A DNA stretch of 63,854 nucleotides, counting the filler, from Welwitschia mirabilis (lineage: Eukaryota): assembly GCA_051453625.1 (NCBI GenBank). It is 5 parts of one record of this genome, joined end to end, with 100 filler letters (N's around TTAATTAATTAA, not from the genome) between each part and the next. Parts side by side here need not be neighbours in the genome. Positions count along the whole stretch, not along the records: positions 44,738 to 58,353 come from JBOZIK010000001.1; positions 58,454 to 63,854 come from JBOZIK010000001.1; 3 more parts are not named here. The stretch is one strand, 5' to 3'. The position numbers and the translations under genes were made by a program. A model generated the notes under the pieces. The model ran no database searches. It was not told the origin of the DNA and was given only the letters and a program-made list of their open reading frames with translations. Shown here one piece after another: positions 56,910 through 63,854 of the stretch; positions within the stretch are counted from its first letter, which is position 1, and every line of letters starts with the position of its first letter.

Positions 56910-58353
56910 TGTTGTAGTGTGAATTTATACAATTTTAAAACCTTAAGTAAAACTTGTAAATCACACTACTTGGAAAAAATACACACTAGTATAGATGATA
57001 GTTAATCTGAATATTATAATCTATAGAAGGCACTATGCTAGAAGTTAGAGAATTTATTTCACAAAGTATTTTTAGTCTTTTTTACTTTTAGTAAATGAAA
57101 GTAAATAACAATGCCAGATAAATAAAGGTGAAATGCAATGAATGTAATGTAAGTGAGATGGGTTCTACTTGGATTCTAATTCTCTTATTACAAGAACTAG
57201 TTCCTTATGATTTAGATTAGTTAAAAAGAGTTTANNNNNNNNNNNNNNNNNNNNNNNNNNNNNNNNNNNNNNNNNNNNNNNNNNNNNNNNNNNNNNNNNN
57301 NNNNNNNNNNNNNNNNNNNNNNNNNNNNNNNNNNNNNNNNNNNNNNNNNNNNNNNNNNNNNNNNNNNNNNNNNNNNNNNNNNNNNNNNNNNNNNNNNNNN
57401 NNNNNNNNNNNNNNNNNNNNNNNNNNNNNNNNNNNNNNNNNNNNNNNNNNNNNNNNNNNNNNNNNNNNNNNNNNNNNNNNNNNNNNNNNNNNNNNNNNNN
57501 NNNNNNNNNNNNNNNNNNNNNNNNNNNNNNNNNNNNNNNNNNNNNNNNNNNNNNNNNNNNNNNNNNNNNNNNNNNNNNNNNNNNNNNNNNNNNNNNNNNN
57601 NNNNNNNNNNNTCTATTTGGATTCCAATCCTCCTATCATAAGAATTAGTTCTTATAACTCATATCATTTAAAAAGAGTTTATCACTTATTCCTAACCAAC
57701 ATAAACTATAAGATATGCCAAAACGAATATACAAATATGAAATAAAATAAAATAAAATAAATACAATGTAATATCTACACTAATAAAGTTAACATTAATA
57801 AAGGTTGTCCTTATGATCTAAATAAACTATAGATCTATTACTAAATTATAATCAACTTAAACCATAAGGGACATTCACACAATAATAGTTAAAAGAGTAA
57901 TTGAATTGATCATAAACTTTTGCATCCACTTATAACAAAGTAGCAGTGACTAAATGGAGGATACTTAGCCTAACACTAAGTTAAAATTCTCTTTATAGCT
58001 ACTAGAACGACCTCTTATTCTTTAATCTTCTATCACTAGACCATCGAGGTACAAAATATGGAAAATAAAGTGAAGAAAATGAAGGGTATTTATGGTTGTA
58101 CATTGAAGTTTTAGAAGCTTAACCCTAGGAGTCATAGAAGAAACCCTAACAGCCCATGTGAATTGCATGACTTTAATACAAATATAAGTCTTCCCTTCCA
58201 TATAAAAATAGGTGTTGTATTAACTATTATAGGGATGACAATGGGAATATCACTCCACGTTGAAAGGTGATCCATCAACTTCAGGCCACATAGTCAACTC
58301 TATAGTTTCCATCCATGTCAGTAGTGTTATTGTTCTACCTATTGGGAGGATGA
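56910..58353 (-). mobile_element. LTR related to family A (contains a gap, truncated at a scaffold join)
   Basis: Begins tgttgtagtgtgaattt...aaaatacacactagtat, like 32059 and 38554. 57960-58090 resembles 1-130. Confidence 0.7.
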
Positions 58354-58453
58354 NNNNNNNNNNNNNNNNNNNNNNNNNNNNNNNNNNNNNNNNNNNNTTA
58401 ATTAATTAANNNNNNNNNNNNNNNNNNNNNNNNNNNNNNNNNNNNNNNNNNNN

Positions 58454-59239
58454 AGTCGTTCCTCAATGGAGGATACGTTGCCCAACACCAAGGTAACATC
58501 TCTCTGGATTACAAGATGGTTTTCCGGTCCCAAGATCTCCTGTCACGAGAATGTCAAGTACTTTAGAAGATGATTAGGAATCGAGGGGGAGACCTTTATT
58601 TATAGACAAAAAGGGAAAAGGGACTGATAGAAAAGCATAAGAGAAACTTTAGCTAGCATGTAAGGAAAAGTCACAAATAACAGGTGATAACTCAAGAATA
58701 CAATCTGTAAAAATATGGAATAATAGTGTCGTCCATGTTGTCATCCGGATGATGGACGAGACGATAGGGATTTACAATGAGTTATCTGTTTAGCTTCCAG
58801 TTTAACTATCTATGATCCTGATGCAAAGTCCTATTAACTAGTTCTAGAGATGTCATCCACTAGTGTCATCTGGATGATAAGGTAGACGTTGGAGTCTGAT
58901 AATAAGAACTTCACTTCAACTGCAAGTCATCTGGAAATAAGTCTGTCATATGTCCAATTAGGGTTGTCGTTCTGACTGTCGTCTAGACGACATAGGGGAC
59001 GAAAGTCTTTTGTTCATCCTTTGTTAGTGTGATATCTTGTTGTTTGCAGGGATAATCATCTAAAAATATAATTTATCCATATCTATATGAAATTCTTGTG
59101 AATTATCTGATAAACTGCATGTTTTCGTCTTGTGCTCTTAGATTCTCGATTGTCATAGGAATTAGGCATTTATCTATTAGTTTATCTGCAAGACAACTCA
59201 AAATACCCTATCAAATACACCTAAGTTGGTGTCACAACA
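58454..59239 (-). mobile_element. Partial family A-related LTR, comparatively CpG-rich
   Basis: Ends aagttggtgtcacaaca (minus strand TGTTGTGACACCAACTT); similar to 39090-39779 and to the start at 14602. Confidence 0.78.
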
Positions 59240-59299
59240 TTCTCCATTGTTTAAATTTCTTAATTTTGCTTATGTACTTCGTTCTAGGCCGTATCTGAC

Positions 59300-61495
59300 G
59301 ATTTCTCTCCTTAACCACCTAAATTTTTGGTCGATCTATGCTTAGAAACTTATGAAATCAAATTTCGTTTGCTAAATTTAAAGTTATGAGTATTTTCTCC
59401 TAAAATTTCATGTTTTTCACTTTTTGGAGTTTTATACTCATTATGCACTTAATTCATAGTAGTTTTTGCCATGTTAAATATCAAATTAATTCTTATTTCA
59501 TTATCTATGATTTGATTCTTATGGGAGAGCATTTAGTTACCTATAAATAAAGTTATGAATATTTTTCCTTTTTCCCTTAATAGGGCACATATCTATTTTT
59601 TTGGATTTCTTTATATAGTGATATAAGTGCATCCTCTTCTTGAACCCACACACGCTCTATTGCTGCCTGGGGAATAGAACAATGGGAATGAGATACTGTT
59701 CTATAGAAACAAAAGCATAGCCTTGCTTCTGCCATTTACTAGAGAAAGATGCACTTCATCAACTATATTCAAAGGCTTAAGCCTGACTTAGATCATGCAC
59801 TAGAGGAGCTTGGTATTTGAGGATAATTATTACATACTCATGGCTTTTACTATGAGATGGATATTATTTAGTTTTACTAGACCTTTGAGATTATNNNNNN
59901 NNNNNNNNNNNNNNNNNNNNNNNNNNNNNNNNNNNNNNNNNNNNNNNNNNNNNNNNNNNNNNNNNNNNNNNNNNNNNNNNNNNNNNNNNNNNNNNNNNNN
60001 NNNNNNNNNNNNNNNNNNNNNNNNNNNNNNNNNNNNNNNNNNNNNNNNNNNNNNNNNNNNNNNNNNNNNNNNNNNNNNNNNNNNNNNNNNNNNNNNNNNN
60101 NNNNNNNNNNNNNNNNNNNNNNNNNNNNNNNNNNNNNNNNNNNNNNNNNNNNNNNNNNNNNNNNNNNNNNNNNNNNNNNNNNNNNNNNNNNNNNNNNNNN
60201 NNNNNNNNNNNNNNNNNNNNNNNNNNNNNNNNNNNNNNNNNNNNNNNNNNNNNNNNNNNNNNNNNNNNNNNNNNNNNNNNNNNNNNNNNNNNNNNNNNNN
60301 NNNNNNNNNNNNNNNNNNNNNNNNNNNNNNNNNNNNNNNNNNNNNNNNNNNNNNNNNNNNNNNNNNNNNNNNNNNNNNNNNNNNNNNNNNNNNNNNNNNN
60401 NNNNNNNNNNNNNNNNNNNNNNNNNNNNNNNNNNNNNNNNNNNNNNNNNNNNNNNNNNNNNNNNNNNNNNNNNNNNNNNNNNNNNNNNNNNNNNNNNNNN
60501 NNNNNNNNNNNTCATGGCTTTTACTATGAGATGGATATTATTTAGTTTTACTAGGCCTTTGAGATTATCTCAACCACTAGGGAGGACGACTCACGTTATG
60601 ACCAGATCAAAGCCACTGTAGGAGGACATTACATATACATTGAGCCATAGCACATCACAATAGTTATAAGGGTTCTTAAAGATGGGGAGAGGATTGATCT
60701 TGATAGAGGTGAGTCAGAGAAGCAAACCTATGTTGTCCAGCTAGAGTTATCATATCATGTAAATGATGATTGGTGAGGGGTGGTTGTGACATATTTACCT
60801 TCATATTACCATATCCTTCACCAAGCCATTATCTATAACATAGCTCTAGTTTGTCAAAACTCGCATGCTACGATTGCCCATCTTTAATTTTAGCCCTTAT
60901 TCGTAATGGAGAGAGGATAAACTTAGCTATCTGTATTTGGTGTTGATTGAGATGGATGAGCACCCAATTCTGATTTTCTACCATTACCTATCCTTGTCTA
61001 CTGAGTGCTTTCTTTTGACGATTCAAGATCCCTATTCTAGTAGAGACTCCTCACTCAGTCCACATATCAGTTGATCATACTATTTTAGGTGATTGGGGAT
61101 ATAGATCCATGCTATGGATCCACTGGCTCTTGGTGAGGCACTTGCAGCACAGCCCCCTTCCCCCGTACAACCTCAGGAAGTTGGAGGTGTCACCTTAGAT
61201 CAGTGCATGACATTATTAGAAGGAATGGAACAGAGATTATCTTCACAGATAGAGGATCTTTATGGTATCATTACCACATGACCCGACAAGTTAAAGGCAC
61301 ACATTCATGTTATAGAGGAGAAGGATCGAGCTACCTTGGAGAGGGTGATAGATATTTAGTAAGATACTTTAGTGGGCATCTCTGAGGTGGTTCATGTCCA
61401 TCACAATGTGACCACATCTAGTCTATGAGAGCACATCTCTCACTACTTTCCAGATATTGAGGAGCCTATCATTAAGCCACCTATAGAGACAAGTG
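59300..61495 (+). repeat. Dispersed repeat copy 2 (homolog of 4480-6060), cut at 61495
   Basis: Collinear similarity to copy 1 stops where the CACTA-like terminus begins. Confidence 0.7.
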
Positions 61496-61716
61496 CAATA
61501 TAAGGAATTGGGGCTTTTAAGGCATTTATTTAAATAAACGCCTTAGTTATAGGAAAATTTAAGGCGTTCATTTCTTTTAACGCCTTGGATTAGAAAACTT
61601 TAAGGTGTTTCATAAATAAACGCCTCAAAAGCTCGTCGTGTTACTTTGTTAAGGCGTTGTTTAATAAACGCCTTAAATGTTTTGGATCTTTTATGGCGTT
61701 TAAGAATACAAATGCC
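61496..61716 (+). mobile_element. CACTA (En/Spm)-like terminus: degenerate TIR plus palindromic subterminal repeats
   Basis: caatataaggaa at 61496 (cf. CACTACAAGAAA). Five inverted pairs taaggcgttt-N-aaacgcctta follow at ~61518, 61560, 61601, 61650 and 61692. Confidence 0.75.
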
Positions 61717-61721
61717 CACGC

Positions 61722-61912
61722 GTTTCCAAAAACAAAACTACCACGCATTTCTTATGAAGACACAGTGTGCAGGGGCTGCTTTCTACATCGAATCGGCTTT
61801 CTCTCGGTCTCCATTATGTGTTCCCAAAAACAAAATTATCATACATTTCTTATGAAAACACAGTGCATGGGGGCTGCTTTGTGCATCGAATCGGCTTTCT
61901 CTCCATCTCTAT
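61722..61912. repeat. Two-copy tandem duplication, 98-bp period
   Basis: aaaaacaaaa...catttcttatgaa-acacagtg...ggggctgcttt...catcgaatcggctttctctc begins at 61728 and 61826. Confidence 0.92.
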
Positions 61913-62015
61913 TTCAGGTATTTTTCATTTTTGCTTTTGCTTTTAGAGTTTTTAGTCTCAAACTAGTTTTGCGATTAGTAGAGTTATCCTCAATGTATTG
62001 ATTTAGATCTCGGTA

Positions 62016-63096
62016 ATGACCAAACGTGAGAATTCCCTGGCCTTGAGAGAGCACGATGGAGGGATAATTGTGGACCATGGTTTTAGGGTTCAGGCAGCTA
62101 CTTCTATACTTTGTAAGTCACTTGTTTCATTTTAGGTAGTAAATTGTACTTGTGATTGAGCTATTTTTGCAAAATAAAATGTTTGTAGTTGTGCTGCCTA
62201 CATAAATGCATTTGTAGCGATGTACAAAAAGAACACGGGCCATCCCCTTGTGGAGCTTGTGCACATTGTATGATTTCTTGTTCTTTCATTCATTCTCTTT
62301 AATTTGTCAATTACCTTCCTTGACATTTTCATGCTTGAAAATTTAGTGCCTTTTTGCCTCTCCATCAATATCTTTTAACAAAAAGGTTAGATTGTGAAAA
62401 TCATAAGCAAATTTTTCTTAGTTTTCTTAGAACACAAGCAATATTTTTCTTAGTAAACTCTCTTTACATCATCATTTTAATTCATGCTATGAGTATTCTT
62501 ACAAGTATTTCGATGTCGCTAAATTCATAACAGGAGCTGACATAGCTAAATATTAAAGAAGCATTCGATGTGGCTGTTAATCAAGGTGCTGAAAGAGTAA
62601 TTATAAGTCCCTATTTTCTGTCTCCTAGAGGCCATTGGAAAAAAGTTGTGGCTGCAATTTGAGTTTTCTTTTCGGGAGCAGTCCTTTTCACACAATTCAT
62701 ACTGTGCAGCGTCATTTTTAGACATTGATACAGGAAAGCTTTACATTTTTCTTATAGACAATCTATAGAATTTTTCTCTGTGGACACCTATAAAATTTGT
62801 TGGCATCTTCCTGGCCAGGCTTCTCTTTATAAAAGAGAGACAAAGATCTTTGTCTTATTGCACATTTCCTGGGTCATGCATCTTTTTAATAGGGTTTAGA
62901 TATTACAAATGAAGATCTGGTACAGTTGGGCATGTCACAGTTGGGCATGTCTATAACAATTGGTTCCTTTTAAACCTCTTTTCATGTTATTGTTTGATAT
63001 CTTCATATCTCATCTGTGGCTACTAAAGATTTAAAGGATCATCCTGATTTTTCATATGTTGTCACAACACCTATTAATCTTCATAATCTTATGTTG
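62016..63096 (+). pseudogene. SIRB: Sirohydrochlorin ferrochelatase (SirB, CbiX family) intron-containing pseudogene, four exons
   Basis: Exon 62016-62112 MTKRENSLALREHDGGIIVDHGFRVQAATSIL|gtaagt. Exon 62206-62267 AFVAMYKKNTGHPLVELVHI|gtatga. Exon 62534-62644 cag|ELT*LNIKEAFDVAVNQGAERVIISPYFLSPRGHWKK|gt. Exon 63004-63096 HISSVATKDLKDHPDFSYVVTTPINLHNLML|gtaagc. Collinear with plant SirB (IIVDHGSRR...TGYPIVEPAHMELAEPSIKDAF...QGAKRVVVSPFFLFPGRHW..DIPSL...TAPLG). One in-frame stop and two damaged acceptors. Confidence 0.88.
62922..62951. repeat. Perfect 15-bp tandem duplication in SirB intron
   Basis: acagttgggcatgtc occurs twice in tandem. Confidence 0.9.
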
Positions 63097-63854
63097 GTAA
63101 GCATGTATATTTTTAGACATAATTAATTTACAACCCTTAACTTTGCTACATTCAAATAATATAATGTTAATTGTTACATATAAAAGCTACAATGAAACAC
63201 CGCTATCCTATGAGTATAGGACCACATATGTGATAGAGATCATGTAAGGTAAATATCAGTGATTAAAATCTTATCATCCTTAAATAGAAAGAATTGCAAG
63301 TCATAAACAAAACACTATCTCTCTCAATTTCAAACAAGAAAGGGTCTTAAATGGGCTAATGAAATGCATATAGAATCCAAAACAAAAAAAACACAGGTTT
63401 AGATATTAATAACTAGAATAAAAACTAAATACAATAACATGAACTATTATTTAATCCTTTAAATTTTTATCAAAGATGGAATCATTTCTAATCTATAAAG
63501 CAGATACACGTAATCAGCATTCTCTTAAAGAGGTAAAGCCTCAAGCAAGAGGGAACCCTCTTTTTTGGATGATGCTATGTATGTAACCAGTAGTTTACAA
63601 ATCTAGAATGCCTTTGCATGGTTGTTTTACAAGAGTATAAAACATGCATACTAATGCTTCAAGATTGAAGGCAAACTAATATGCTCTATAATGACTGAAA
63701 TCATGGCCTAACATATGTACCAATATGGGCTAAGTATAGCTTAAAATGTGTGTCACAAAAAAGGTTTATGTAGAGATTTAAAAGTTATTTTAAAGGTGTT
63801 TGAACTTAAAATTCTAGTTTTGAGTTTTAACAATTTACTAATGTCATAGTAATC

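Noticed and set aside
61518-61716. CRISPR-like array of palindromic repeats with unique spacers
   Set aside because: Plant nuclear context, variable repeat interiors, linkers only ~15-20 bp, no cas genes, and an adjacent CACTA-like TIR.
61657-62001. 114-aa ORF at the CACTA end
   Set aside because: Non-ATG start, overlaps the subterminal repeats and tandem duplication, and resembles no known protein.
63400-63440. Possible last SirB exon (tag...ITRIK, cf. DVVNDRIKHC)
   Set aside because: Too short and lacks the Cys-containing tail; cannot be supported.

Overview
AT-rich, CpG-depleted plant nuclear DNA from a gappy draft assembly. It is almost entirely nested, heavily decayed LTR-retrotransposon debris and contains no intact protein-coding gene. 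Recognisable parts: two complete non-autonomous Athila-like elements with paired LTRs, PBS and exact 5-bp TSDs (6521-12694, 32059-39779); a solo LTR with TSD (2287-3569); several more copies of that LTR family; pseudogenised Tekay/chromovirus gag, RT and integrase pieces; Athila gag-protease; Tat/Ogre-like pol; two Ty1/copia remnants; and a ~100-bp-unit tandem array (22187-24420). The most notable feature is at the right end. A CACTA-like terminus with five palindromic subterminal repeats (61496-61716) is followed by an intron-containing, four-exon pseudogene of sirohydrochlorin ferrochelatase (SirB/CbiX, 62016-63096) that the ORF track misses. This is a candidate Pack-CACTA gene capture. All alignments and translations were done by eye; family assignments rest on recalled motifs and need database confirmation.
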